From IMG/VR virus record IMGVR_UViG_3300037419_001469, positions 20,786 through 84,785 of that record: a stretch of DNA of 64,000 nucleotides, one strand, 5' to 3'. The position numbers and the translations under genes were made by a program. This document shows positions 27,672 to 37,466 of the stretch, piece after piece (the first letter of the stretch is position 1; each line of letters opens with the position of its first letter). The notes under the pieces were generated by a model, which did not search any database, was not told where the DNA came from, and saw only the letters and a list, made by a program, of their open reading frames with translations. This stretch comes from a virus (Duplodnaviria; Caudoviricetes).

Positions 27672-28108
27672 AAACCCCTCCCCGCATGTTCTCCGACGAG
27701 GTCAAGCCGCTTGACTACGTGCCTCCGGCTGGAGCCGAAGCCCCGAAGATCGACCTCTCGCTATACAGCCCGTCCGAGCTGCTGACGCTGCGCAGCCGCA
27801 TCGATTCCCTGCTGCCGCCGCTGTCCCTGGGTGGCCTGAACCTGGCCGACGAGCTCGCGGTGCAGTACCAGACGGTCAAGGCGATGCAGGCTGACACGAT
27901 CGCCGGAGACGAGGATTCCTCAAAGAAGGCAGCCGCTGTCAACGCCTGCCTCTCCGCCCTCGGCGCCATCATCCGCATGCAGAACGACTTGCACAACAGC
28001 GAGCGCTTCAAGGCGCTCGAAACCCTGATGATCCGCTACATGAAGCGATTGCCGAAAGACGTCGTCGACCGCTTCATGGAGGATTACGCCAACCTGATCG
28101 AAGGCTGA
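27668..28108 (+). CDS. putative terminase small subunit
   Basis: 146-aa helical protein upstream of terL; assignment is positional. Confidence 0.45.
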   Translation: MKTPPRMFSDEVKPLDYVPPAGAEAPKIDLSLYSPSELLTLRSRIDSLLPPLSLGGLNLADELAVQYQTVKAMQADTIAGDEDSSKKAAAVNACLSALGAIIRMQNDLHNSERFKALETLMIRYMKRLPKDVVDRFMEDYANLIEG

Positions 28109-28110
28109 AA

Positions 28111-28302
28111 ATGAAGAAAGACACCCAGGAATTCACCGACTACATGCTCATCTGCGGCATCGTCTCGCAGCTGGAGCCGGCCGAGCAGGGCGCGGTCAAC
28201 GAGCTGGCACTGCAGATCGAGCAGATCGTCAAAGCCAATGGCGAGCGCGGCACCGTCGCCCTCGCGCTGGCCGGCGCGAAGATCCAGGCGGAGCAGGCAT
28301 GA
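28111..28302 (+). CDS. small helical paralog 1 of 4
   Basis: IVKANGERGTVALALAGAKI. Confidence 0.7.
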   Translation: MKKDTQEFTDYMLICGIVSQLEPAEQGAVNELALQIEQIVKANGERGTVALALAGAKIQAEQA

Positions 28303-28508
28303 GCGCGACCAAGTCCAAGACCCCGCAGCGCACCGAATACGAGCGCATGATGGCAAGCCTGTTGCGCGTGTCCAGCGACGACCAGGCCGAGGTGCATGAG
28401 GTTACCCGGATCATTGCCGGCGTCGTCGAATCCCACGGCATCTTTGGCCGGATGGCCCTGACCCTTGCCTTCGCCAAACTGGCCGCCATCGAATCCGAGC
28501 ATGGCTGA
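28299..28508 (+). CDS. small helical paralog 2 of 4
   Basis: VVESHGIFGRMALTLAFAKL. Confidence 0.7.
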   Translation: MSATKSKTPQRTEYERMMASLLRVSSDDQAEVHEVTRIIAGVVESHGIFGRMALTLAFAKLAAIESEHG

Positions 28509-28683
28509 CGCGCGCACCGAAGCCCTCATCATCGTCAACCAGATGGACCCGGCATCGCAGCGGGTCATCGCCATTCTCCAACAGTCCTTTATTGCCCTGG
28601 TGCAAAGTCACGGGGACCTCGGTATGATCGCCCTGTCTCTGGCCGCAGATGATCTCCAACACCGAGAGGGCAATCATGGATAA
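28501..28683 (+). CDS. small helical paralog 3 of 4
   Basis: LVQSHGDLGMIALSLAADDL. Confidence 0.7.
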   Translation: MADARTEALIIVNQMDPASQRVIAILQQSFIALVQSHGDLGMIALSLAADDLQHREGNHG

Positions 28684-28924
28684 CGCCATCAAGCGCGAAT
28701 GCACGGACCCGCTGGTGCATGACGGCTATTACGAGGTCTCGCCGGAGGCGGCTGCGCTGAAGAAGGTCAACGAGGAATTCGACGCCCTCGAACACGAGGC
28801 GCAGCGGGAAGTCCACGAAATTTACGAGACCCTGATCGCCGTGGTGGAAGACCGCGGCGAAGCGGGCGTGTTGGCGCTGGCCCTGCTGTGCGCCGAAATC
28901 GATGCCGGAGTCAGAAGAACATGA
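28676..28924 (+). CDS. small helical paralog 4 of 4
   Basis: VVEDRGEAGVLALALLCAEI. Confidence 0.7.
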   Translation: MDNAIKRECTDPLVHDGYYEVSPEAAALKKVNEEFDALEHEAQREVHEIYETLIAVVEDRGEAGVLALALLCAEIDAGVRRT

Positions 28925-29205
28925 GCTTCATCAGGGAGAGTTGTCAGATCATCAGAGACGTCGCCGTCTCGCCATTCCGCAGCGAGGTCGGAGGCGATGC
29001 CTGGGAGGGCGTCAAGGCGCAGGGCTATTTCCTGTTCGTGGCAGCCCTGTCGCTGCTGGTACTTGCCCTATTCCCGATCAGCATCCCGGGCCTGGTATGG
29101 CTGCAGCGCGCCAGCGAGCGGCGCTACGCCGCGCAGCGCGCCGCCATCGCCGCGCGCCACGCCGCATTCCGGGAAGACGTGGTGAGCCGTTACGGCCTGG
29201 AGTGA
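28921..29205 (+). CDS. small membrane protein
   Basis: Hydrophobic YFLFVAALSLLVLALFPISIPGLVWL; ATGA coupling. Confidence 0.6.
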   Translation: MSFIRESCQIIRDVAVSPFRSEVGGDAWEGVKAQGYFLFVAALSLLVLALFPISIPGLVWLQRASERRYAAQRAAIAARHAAFREDVVSRYGLE

Positions 29206-29210
29206 GGTCG

Positions 29211-30947
29211 ATGACGGAGGCCACACTTAGTGGGACCGTAGAGGTCATCCACCGCAACCCGATGCTCAATGACCCGGTGTTCCAGCGGCATGTGGCACGC
29301 CTGCGCAGCTCGCTGTCGGCGCATTCACGCGACACGATCTGTCAATTCATTACCGAAAACACATTCCTGCGCAGCGCGCCGTTTTCTTTCAAGGACCACG
29401 AATACCAGCAATTCATCCTGGAAGATAAATCCGCGGAAAAGGTCATCATCAAAAGCGCGCAAATGGGCATTTCCGAAATGTCCGCGCGCATGGCCCTGGC
29501 AATGGGTAATTTGATCGACGGCTTTTCCACGATTTACACGCTGCCTTCGGCACTTGCTGCAGCGAATTTCATGAAAACCCGGATCGATCCGGTGATCGAT
29601 TCGTCGCCGTATTTGTCGGAGGCCGTTTCCAAGGAAATCGACAATACGCTGATCAAGAAATTCGGGGAATCCTATTTGTACCTGAAAGGGGCGCAAGTCG
29701 ATTCCCAGGCGATTTCGGTGCCGGCCGATATGCTCATTGGCGACGAGGTCGATAATTCGAACCAGGACGTATTGACGCTATTCGAATCCCGCTTGATCCA
29801 TTCGCCCTATGCGTACAAGGTTTATTTGTCCACGCCCTCGGTGCCGGGATATGGTATCGACGCGCGCTATAAACAATCGCGCCGCCATGTCCACATGTGC
29901 AAGTGTGTGCATTGCAATCACTGGTTTGAGCCTGATTATTTTCGGGACGTTAAAATTCCGAAGTTCAAAGGCGAGATTGGCGACATCGTCAAGGCCACTT
30001 TCAGCGACCCCGTCTTCCTCTGGCAGCAAGCCTATGTCGCCTGCCCGGGCTGCGGCAAACCTGCGGATTTGTCGGAACCGAACCGCACCTGGGTCTGCGA
30101 AAACCCGAATGATGCTTATGTCGCAGCCGGATTCCGCGTGTCGCCATTTTCCTGCCCGAATATCATTAAAGCGTCGGCGCTCGTAAAGGCGTCGGTCGAC
30201 TATGCGCGCGTGCAGGATTTCCATAACCAGCGCCTGGGCATGCCGCTCGAAGACAAGGAATCGACGCTGACGGCCGAGGAATTGCGCAATTGCCTGGTCT
30301 CCGATTTCGGCGCGACCGGGGCGTTTTCGTATGTCATGGGCCTGGATATGGGCAATGTCTGCCATTGCACGATCCTCGCCTGTTTGCCCGACAATCAATA
30401 CGTCGTGGTTCACCGCGAGAGAATCCCGCTATTCCAGGTATTCGAGCGCCGGCAGGAATTGTCGCGACAATGGCGAATCCGCATTTGCGTCGTCGACCAC
30501 GGCCCGTATACCGAAACGGTCTATCGCATGCAGCAATACGACCGCAGCGTATTTGCCGGCGTGTATGTGCGCACCAAGGGCATCGACCTGTATCGAATCA
30601 AAGACCAGGAAGAAGACAAGGAAAAGGGCAAGCAGGAATTGCGGCAGGCGAATATCGCGCGCGACAAGGTGTTCGACCTGATCATGCTGATGCTGCGCGC
30701 CGGGCAATTCAAGGTCGTCGCTGGCTCGGAGGATGACCTTTGGATCCAACAGATGACCTCGCAAAAACGGGTGCGCGAGTTCGTCAACGACGAGCTGGTA
30801 TTCGTGTGGGCGAAGACCGATGGCAATGACCATTACCACCACAGCATGCTGTATGCCTACATCGCCAGCCAGATCCTCGGCGTGGCCGGTAACACCCTTG
30901 CGCTGCCGTCGCTGATCAGCAAATTCAAGGTTACGGCAGGGCAATAG
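29211..30947 (+). CDS. terL: terminase large subunit, lambda GpA-like
   Basis: Walker A KSAQMGISE, Walker B LIGDEVD, coupling motif STP, CxxC Zn motifs, RNase H-type GLDMG and DHYHH; alternative start 29262. Confidence 0.9.
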   Translation: MTEATLSGTVEVIHRNPMLNDPVFQRHVARLRSSLSAHSRDTICQFITENTFLRSAPFSFKDHEYQQFILEDKSAEKVIIKSAQMGISEMSARMALAMGNLIDGFSTIYTLPSALAAANFMKTRIDPVIDSSPYLSEAVSKEIDNTLIKKFGESYLYLKGAQVDSQAISVPADMLIGDEVDNSNQDVLTLFESRLIHSPYAYKVYLSTPSVPGYGIDARYKQSRRHVHMCKCVHCNHWFEPDYFRDVKIPKFKGEIGDIVKATFSDPVFLWQQAYVACPGCGKPADLSEPNRTWVCENPNDAYVAAGFRVSPFSCPNIIKASALVKASVDYARVQDFHNQRLGMPLEDKESTLTAEELRNCLVSDFGATGAFSYVMGLDMGNVCHCTILACLPDNQYVVVHRERIPLFQVFERRQELSRQWRIRICVVDHGPYTETVYRMQQYDRSVFAGVYVRTKGIDLYRIKDQEEDKEKGKQELRQANIARDKVFDLIMLMLRAGQFKVVAGSEDDLWIQQMTSQKRVREFVNDELVFVWAKTDGNDHYHHSMLYAYIASQILGVAGNTLALPSLISKFKVTAGQ

Positions 30948-30986
30948 TGATAGCATGGCGAAAATTCCGTACAGGAAACTTTCGCC

Positions 30987-32504
30987 ATGATCAAGAGCTT
31001 GCTGTCCTCCTGGGGCATCTCCGCCGCCACCGCCATCCCGACTGACCCTGCGCCGAAGGTGCGCAGCAAGCGTCAGGCGCTGCCCTCTTACCTGCTGACG
31101 GCCAAGCCGCCGCAGACGCCGATGCCGGTGACGGACCGGCAGCTGGCGAACACGGACACCGTGCCGACCTTTGCCGGCGCCGGCAGCACGAGCAAGACGC
31201 TGCGGGCGATGGGCTACATGTCGCCCGAGTTCTCCTCGGCCATCTTCTCGTACCTGCGCGTGGGCATCCCGAACGGCTATGTCGCTGTCGCGAAAAATCC
31301 GGACGGCAGTTTTAACCCGGAGGCGACCCAGGCGCTGCAGCAGATCATCGCGCGCTTCGATGTGCTGCCGGATTACACGCAGGGGTTCAATGGCGTGGCC
31401 TCCTTGCGCAGCCTGTCGGAATCGCTGGCCAAGGACTTGCTGTACGAGGGCGCGATGTGCGGAGAGCTCGTGCTGGACAAGAGCTACCTGCCCTCGCGCA
31501 TCCAGCCGATCTCCGTGTACAACATGCGGCAGCAGCCAGACAAGGATGGCTACCTGGTGCCGGTGCAGTACATCGGCGGCTCGCACACGGTGCTCGATGC
31601 GCCGACGATTTTCTATGTCGCGCTGGACCAGGCGCTGATCGATGCGTACCCGTCCTCGCCAATGGAATCCGCGATCAAGGCGGTCCAGTTCTCGGAGAAT
31701 TTCGTCAACGACGTGCAGCGCGTGATGAAGCGCGCCGTCCACCCGCGGCTGACGGTGACCCTGGACGAGGACAAGTTCCGCAAGTCCGTGCCGCAGGACA
31801 TCGTCAACGACCCGGTGAAGCTGATCGCGTACCAGAACGAGGTCGTCGCCAATATCCAGGCAATGATCAACGGCCTGCAGCCGGAGGATGCGCTGGTGTA
31901 TTTCGACATGCTCGGCATCCAGCTGATGAACAACGGCAACCAGTCGCTGTCGCACGAATACACGTTCATCCAGGACATGGCCAACGCGAAGATGGCCTCT
32001 GGCGCGAAAACCATGCCGGCCGTGCTCGGCATGGGCAGCGGCAGCCAGAACGTCGCTTCCACCGAGACGATGCTGTTCGCGAAAGCGGTCAGCGGCGCGA
32101 TCACGAAGAAGCTCGACGAATTCTATTCCCGGATTTTCACGCTGGCCGTGCGCCTGCTCGGCTACGACGTGGTGGCCGAGTTCACCTATGACCCGATCGA
32201 CCTGCGCCCGGAGTCGGAGCTGGAGTCGTTCCGCTCGGTCAAGCAGGCCCGCATCCTCGAGCTGCTGTCGCTCGGCTTGCTCACCGACGAGGAAGCGAGC
32301 CTGCAGCTGACCGGGAGATTACCGCCGAAAGGCTACGTCCCACTAAGTGGGACCCAATTCAAGAGCGCGGGGCCGGCAGAGGCGACCGATCCCACCTCCA
32401 ACGCCGGCAGCGCCGCCAACAAGGCGATAAAAGCCGACAGCGCGGGCGTAAAAGGTCAGAACAAGAAGGCGAATCCGCAACAGGCGGCGCCGACCAAGCA
32501 TTGA
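30987..32504 (+). CDS. portal protein
   Basis: 505 aa between terL and the protease, helical; synteny. Confidence 0.8.
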   Translation: MIKSLLSSWGISAATAIPTDPAPKVRSKRQALPSYLLTAKPPQTPMPVTDRQLANTDTVPTFAGAGSTSKTLRAMGYMSPEFSSAIFSYLRVGIPNGYVAVAKNPDGSFNPEATQALQQIIARFDVLPDYTQGFNGVASLRSLSESLAKDLLYEGAMCGELVLDKSYLPSRIQPISVYNMRQQPDKDGYLVPVQYIGGSHTVLDAPTIFYVALDQALIDAYPSSPMESAIKAVQFSENFVNDVQRVMKRAVHPRLTVTLDEDKFRKSVPQDIVNDPVKLIAYQNEVVANIQAMINGLQPEDALVYFDMLGIQLMNNGNQSLSHEYTFIQDMANAKMASGAKTMPAVLGMGSGSQNVASTETMLFAKAVSGAITKKLDEFYSRIFTLAVRLLGYDVVAEFTYDPIDLRPESELESFRSVKQARILELLSLGLLTDEEASLQLTGRLPPKGYVPLSGTQFKSAGPAEATDPTSNAGSAANKAIKADSAGVKGQNKKANPQQAAPTKH

Positions 32505-32574
32505 GAATTTCCTGACACACATAATTCCTCCATGCAATAATGCCGGAAATTTCAGAGGTCACTCAGAGGTCACT

Positions 32575-34080
32575 ATGCCGAAACAGTTTGTGCTCCAGGA
32601 TGTGATGTGGGCCGGGACGGAAGCGTCCCTGCACGCCTACATTCAATCGGCAACGGCCATTTCCGAGTTGCCTCCCGGCGCGCTGCCCGCGGGCCACCCG
32701 CAGGCGGACGCGAATGCCGAGGCCGATCCGCTGCCTCCGGGCCTGGATATCCAGGGCGGCGTCGGCGTCGTCTCGGTCAATGGCTCGCTGGTGAACAAGG
32801 CGCAGTGGTGGCACAAGTATGAAAACGTCGCCTCGTATGAATCGATCCGCGAGGCGCTGATCGCCGCGGCAACGATGCCGGACGTGCGCGCCATCGTGCT
32901 CGACATCTCCTCCGGAGGCGGCGCGGTCGCCGGGCTGGCGGATCTGTCCTCGCTGATCCAGACCATTGACAACCAGATCAAGCCGGTCTATTCCTTCACC
33001 GATTCCGCGATGATGAGCGCGGCCTACTGGATCGGCGCCTCCGCACGCGAGGTCTACGCCTCGAACGTGGCCGCGGTCGGCTCCATTGGCGTGATCGCCA
33101 CGCACATGGAGCAGAGCAAGCTGATGGAAAAGATCGGCATCACGCCGACCGTGCTGCGCGCCGGCAAATACAAGGCGCTGGCCAACAGCAACGAGCCGCT
33201 GACGGAGGCGGCAAAACAACAGCTGCAGGACGGCCTTGACGCCCTGTACACCGTATTCGTGCAGCACGCGGCCGACGCGCGCGGCATGCCCTATGACGCT
33301 TTCGACAAGAAAGCCGCCCAGGGCCGGGAGTTTTACGGCCAGCAAGCGGTGGAGGCGGGGTTGGTCGATGGCATCACCTCCTTTGACGGCCTCATCTCAA
33401 AGGTGCAAACGGAGATTGACAAAGCTCAATCTCTTTCTCAAAATCGAAGCATATTGACTACAGGAAATACTTCCATGCCTAAAGCTCTGACTGAGGCCGA
33501 CATCGCGGCCCTGGCCGCAGGCGGGGCTGCCGCCCAAGCGTCTTCGGCGCCGGCGCAGGCCGCGGCTCCTGCCAATACCGACCCGGCTGCGCCGGCAGAT
33601 GGCGCTGCACCGGCCTCCGCCTCCGCTCCGGCCGACACCACCCAAGCCTCTGCTCCGGCAGCGGCACCGGCTGCTGCGCCTGCGCCTGCTGCCGCGCCGG
33701 CTGCGCAAGCCGACGTGGTCAGCTTCCTGCAGGCGCAGGTCAAGGAAAAGGACACGGCCCTGCTGGCGGCCAACGTCGAGATCGCCGGCCTGAAGTCGCG
33801 CGCCGCCGATGGCGAGAGCGCGCTGTCCGGCTTGCTGGCGATTGCCGCGGCCTCGGTCAACAACATGCGCGTGGCCCTGGGCGGCACGGCAGCGGACTTC
33901 AGCGCGATGAGCGCGACGCAGCTGCTGGCCGAGCACGCCAGCATCAAGGACACGTTCCAGTCCAAATTCAAGGTCGGCGGGGTCGCGGCAGTCAGCGCCA
34001 CGGTGACCGAGAAGCCGACACCTGCAGCCTCCGATGTCACGCTGCAGCGCCTCGGCGCGGTCATGCAACCTTCCAAATAA
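32575..34080 (+). CDS. S49 (SppA/ClpP-like) prohead protease with C-terminal scaffold
   Basis: LDISSGGG, MMSAAYWIG, VGSIGV, AGKYK motifs; Ala/Pro linker then helical domain. Confidence 0.9.
   Translation: MPKQFVLQDVMWAGTEASLHAYIQSATAISELPPGALPAGHPQADANAEADPLPPGLDIQGGVGVVSVNGSLVNKAQWWHKYENVASYESIREALIAAATMPDVRAIVLDISSGGGAVAGLADLSSLIQTIDNQIKPVYSFTDSAMMSAAYWIGASAREVYASNVAAVGSIGVIATHMEQSKLMEKIGITPTVLRAGKYKALANSNEPLTEAAKQQLQDGLDALYTVFVQHAADARGMPYDAFDKKAAQGREFYGQQAVEAGLVDGITSFDGLISKVQTEIDKAQSLSQNRSILTTGNTSMPKALTEADIAALAAGGAAAQASSAPAQAAAPANTDPAAPADGAAPASASAPADTTQASAPAAAPAAAPAPAAAPAAQADVVSFLQAQVKEKDTALLAANVEIAGLKSRAADGESALSGLLAIAAASVNNMRVALGGTAADFSAMSATQLLAEHASIKDTFQSKFKVGGVAAVSATVTEKPTPAASDVTLQRLGAVMQPSK
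33475..34080 (+). CDS. putative internally initiated scaffolding protein (in frame with the protease)
   Basis: In-frame ATG with AGGA RBS and upstream TTGACA-N17-CAAAAT; analogous to lambda C/Nu3. Confidence 0.55.
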   Translation: MPKALTEADIAALAAGGAAAQASSAPAQAAAPANTDPAAPADGAAPASASAPADTTQASAPAAAPAAAPAPAAAPAAQADVVSFLQAQVKEKDTALLAANVEIAGLKSRAADGESALSGLLAIAAASVNNMRVALGGTAADFSAMSATQLLAEHASIKDTFQSKFKVGGVAAVSATVTEKPTPAASDVTLQRLGAVMQPSK

Positions 34081-34095
34081 TCAAGGAGCATTCTC

Positions 34096-34569
34096 ATGGC
34101 AAAGTTTCAAATGACCGAGCTGCTTGGCGCAGACGTGATCACCGCCCGCCTGGGCGGTGGTGCCGGTGCCCAATACCTGCTCAATGACAAGGATGTCAAC
34201 AAGGCCGTGAAGCTGGCGGGCGATTCCCGCTACGACTTCTGCGCCGTGGGCGATCGCATCGAGGGTTTCATCACCTCGGTCGACACCGCCACCTCCGATG
34301 GCTACTCGACGGGCGGCGTCCAGACCGAAGACCGCAAGACCGTCGTGTTCGACGGCATCCAGGCGGACGGCACCGGCAACATCGCCGTGGGCGACTACGT
34401 CGTGGCCGGCACCCCGGTTGCGCTGAACACTGCGCTCACCGAAGCCGGTCCGCGCGTGCGCAAGGCCACCAGCCAAGCTTTCGCTGCCTTCGCCTGGCGC
34501 GTCGTGTCGATCCTGTCCGGGACCGGCGCGGCCGGCTCGGTCGGTGTCATCGAACGCGTCGACGGCTAA
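34096..34569 (+). CDS. head decoration/cement protein
   Basis: 157-aa beta-rich protein directly before the MCP. Confidence 0.65.
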   Translation: MAKFQMTELLGADVITARLGGGAGAQYLLNDKDVNKAVKLAGDSRYDFCAVGDRIEGFITSVDTATSDGYSTGGVQTEDRKTVVFDGIQADGTGNIAVGDYVVAGTPVALNTALTEAGPRVRKATSQAFAAFAWRVVSILSGTGAAGSVGVIERVDG

Positions 34570-34606
34570 TCCCGGCGATCCCCCACATCCACAGGAGCCT
34601 ATTACC

Positions 34607-35785
34607 ATGCCAGCATTCATCGACGCAAACGGCCAGGTACAGCAAGTCCAACTCGAAGTTGGCATGTACCGCACCGCGCACGACCAGGGCTTGACCCTGC
34701 CGCAGTACCTGAACCGCCAGTACCCGACCGCAGCCGGCCAGCCGAAGGCGTTCGAGCAGCTGTGCGCTTCCGAGGGCATCTTCCTGAAGCCGAACAAGGA
34801 TACCGGCGTGCGTCCGGCGTCCATGCACGAGATCATGAACGGCTCGCCGCAGGCGGCCGGCACGATCCTGAAGGAAGGCGTCCCGGCGTCGCGCATTCTG
34901 TTCCCCTCGGCCTACCTGACCGCCATCGAAGACAAGCTGGTGCCGGACTACACCCAGGCCGCCGCCACCTTCGACACGCTGGTCGCGATCGACGACTCGA
35001 TCAACAACGACCGCTTCGAGCGTCCGGTGCTGAACTTCAGCCGCCCGGAAGGCGCTCGCAGCATGGCGGTCACGCAGCTGGCCATGCCGAACACGATGCT
35101 GGCGATCACCGCGCATGACGTGATGCGCAAGATCCCGGTGCGCTCGCTCGGCCTGGAGATTTCCGAGCAGGCGATGAAGGCGACTTCCTTCGACATCGTC
35201 GGCCTGTCGCTCGCGCGCCAGGCGATGGTCGAGCGCAACGAGCGCGCGAACCAGCACATCCTCGCCTTGCTCAACGGCGACCCGGACATCGGTGACGTCG
35301 CGCTGTCGACCATCACCGACAAGGTCGTCAAGGCCAAGGACCTGGATGCGAGCATCACCGATGCCGGCAAGCTGACGCAGACTGCCTGGATCAAGTGGCT
35401 CGCGCGCAATGCCCTGAAGCGCAAGATCACCCACGTCATCACCGACCTCGACGGCGCGATGGCCATCGAGAACCGCCAGGGTCGCCCGGTCATCACCCAG
35501 GACAACCCGACCAGCCCGCGCATCGACACGATCGGCCAGGTGCTGAACCCGTCGTGGGAGCCGGAAGTGAAAATCTTCCTGTCGACCGACCCGAACTGGC
35601 CGGCTGGCACGATCATGGGTATCGACCAGCGCTATGGCATCCACCGCGTGACCTCGCTGACCGCGACCTACGAAGCGATCGAAGCGCTGGTGATGCGCCG
35701 CTCGACGCAGATGCGCTTCGACGTGGGCGACATCGCCTACAGGTTGTTTGACGAAGCCTTCGAGGTACTGACCCTGACCCTGTAA
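34607..35785 (+). CDS. major capsid protein
   Basis: 392 aa, strong codon bias, AGGAG RBS, followed by a terminator. Confidence 0.85.
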   Translation: MPAFIDANGQVQQVQLEVGMYRTAHDQGLTLPQYLNRQYPTAAGQPKAFEQLCASEGIFLKPNKDTGVRPASMHEIMNGSPQAAGTILKEGVPASRILFPSAYLTAIEDKLVPDYTQAAATFDTLVAIDDSINNDRFERPVLNFSRPEGARSMAVTQLAMPNTMLAITAHDVMRKIPVRSLGLEISEQAMKATSFDIVGLSLARQAMVERNERANQHILALLNGDPDIGDVALSTITDKVVKAKDLDASITDAGKLTQTAWIKWLARNALKRKITHVITDLDGAMAIENRQGRPVITQDNPTSPRIDTIGQVLNPSWEPEVKIFLSTDPNWPAGTIMGIDQRYGIHRVTSLTATYEAIEALVMRRSTQMRFDVGDIAYRLFDEAFEVLTLTL

Positions 35786-35809
35786 TGCGGCCCGGGTAAC
35801 GCAGAGACG

Positions 35810-35838
35810 AAAAGGGAGCCCTCTGCGGCTCCCTTTTT
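35810..35838 (+). terminator. intrinsic terminator
   Basis: AAAAGGGAGCC-ctctgc-GGCTCCCTTTTT. Confidence 0.85.
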
Positions 35839-35865
35839 ACCAACTTCACACTCAGTGGGAATCCC

Positions 35866-36132
35866 ATGCCAGAAATTGAAAAGAACGTCGAGGTGCCTGC
35901 CGATGGCGCAGCCGCTGCCGCCCCCGCCGCCAAGCCCGCCGCCAAGCCGGCAGCGAAAGCCGCGCCCGCGGCCGAAGCGCCTGCCAAGGAGGGCAAGTTC
36001 ATTGCCGTCCACGGCGGCCCGATGATCGACCCGGCCTCGGGTATCGCCTTCACCAACGAGCCGAAGGTCTCCGTCGAGACCGGATGGGTCAAGCACCAAC
36101 TGCAGCACAAGAAGCTCGCGCGCGTGGAGTAA
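35866..36132 (+). CDS. small virion-associated protein (Ala/Pro/Lys-rich N-terminus)
   Basis: Position after the MCP. Confidence 0.6.
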   Translation: MPEIEKNVEVPADGAAAAAPAAKPAAKPAAKAAPAAEAPAKEGKFIAVHGGPMIDPASGIAFTNEPKVSVETGWVKHQLQHKKLARVE

Positions 36133-36135
36133 CGC

Positions 36136-36627
36136 ATGGACCTGCTCGATTACACCGACTACGACAACGTGCGCTCGCTGTTGGGCGTCAACGCCAAGGA
36201 AGTCGCGGACGCGACGATCGGCCTGGAGGTGTATTCGAACGGCTTGCTGCTGGACTTGCAGGACATCGCCGCCGCGATCCCGGCGCGCTACCTGGCGGTC
36301 GATGAAACCCAGGAGGCGGACCGCACGGCGGAGGAAGCCCGGTTCTACATGACCGCGCGCACCTTCGCCGCCTATTCCGTCGCCAAGCTGCTGACGACGT
36401 CCTTGCCGATGTTCGCGCCGAAGGAAATTTCGGATAGCAAGACCTTGCTCGGCCGCTTCGCCGCCAACCCGTATGCCGACACCATCCTCAAGGTCGAGGA
36501 GGGCTTTGCGCTGAACCGGCAGCGACTCATCGCCGCCTTCAATACCCTGATCACGCCACCCGACGCGCCGCCGCGCACCTGGCTGGCGATCTCGTCGCCG
36601 TCGTCCGACCCGGTGACCGGCACATGA
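36136..36627 (+). CDS. putative head-tail adaptor
   Basis: Helical 163 aa; synteny. Confidence 0.55.
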   Translation: MDLLDYTDYDNVRSLLGVNAKEVADATIGLEVYSNGLLLDLQDIAAAIPARYLAVDETQEADRTAEEARFYMTARTFAAYSVAKLLTTSLPMFAPKEISDSKTLLGRFAANPYADTILKVEEGFALNRQRLIAAFNTLITPPDAPPRTWLAISSPSSDPVTGT

Positions 36628-37466
36628 TGACCCTCTACGATGCGGCGTCGTATTTCAACGACGACCAGTTCCTCGATGCCTACGGCGGCGACGGCGCGTT
36701 TGCCGGCCGCCTCGAGCCCTACCCGGACACGATGCGCGACTCGCTCGTGACCGAGCGCCGCATCCTGATCACCGCGCCCGACACCGAGATCCCGCCGCGG
36801 CGCACCGTCACCCTGGGCGACCAGGTCTGGCTGATTGGCACGATGTCGGCCGACACCCACCGCGGCCGGGTGCTGCGCAACAAATACATCGTGCATCGTG
36901 CCGACGACAGCGCGGCGGTCGGCACCTTTGCCGACGTGCTGGCCGGCGCGCCCCTGACCACGCTGTGGGCTTCGCTGCTGTGGGTAAAGGAGTGGCGGGA
37001 TTCACAGGAGTCCTCGGCCATGACCGGGGAATTCAACCTGTTCTTCGGCGCGACCGAGTCGGCCCTGCTCGGCAAATACACGCTGGCGCGCGTAAAAAAC
37101 CGCTGGTATATCCACCGCGCCGCGTATGACGCGGCGGGCGGCGTGCTGGTGTCGATTGCCGACGAGCTGCCCGGCAACGTGCTGGTCGACGCGGCCTACA
37201 ACACGGTGACCTACAACCCGAAGACGGATGTCCGGACGACATCGGCGTCCACGATCAAGGCCCTGTTCATCCGCTGGCAGAGCCACTTCCGCTACTTCTC
37301 GGATGCCTCCGCCACGTACCAGCCGGGCGATGTAAAACTGGTCATCCTGAAGGCGGCGCTGACCCCGAAGGCGGGAGATACCGTCACCGCCGAGGGCCTG
37401 CCCTTCCGCGTCATCGAGGTGGCCGACGAGGGAGACTGTTGGGGCTTGCATATCCGCCATGCTTGA
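36624..37466 (+). CDS. putative head-closure/neck protein
   Basis: Beta-rich 280 aa; synteny. Confidence 0.5.
   Translation: MMTLYDAASYFNDDQFLDAYGGDGAFAGRLEPYPDTMRDSLVTERRILITAPDTEIPPRRTVTLGDQVWLIGTMSADTHRGRVLRNKYIVHRADDSAAVGTFADVLAGAPLTTLWASLLWVKEWRDSQESSAMTGEFNLFFGATESALLGKYTLARVKNRWYIHRAAYDAAGGVLVSIADELPGNVLVDAAYNTVTYNPKTDVRTTSASTIKALFIRWQSHFRYFSDASATYQPGDVKLVILKAALTPKAGDTVTAEGLPFRVIEVADEGDCWGLHIRHA

Noticed and set aside
28902-29210. 681-aa terminase start at 28902
   Set aside because: The extension overlaps a coupled membrane-protein gene in another frame and is Arg/Pro-rich nonsense; a start at 29211 or 29262 is more plausible.
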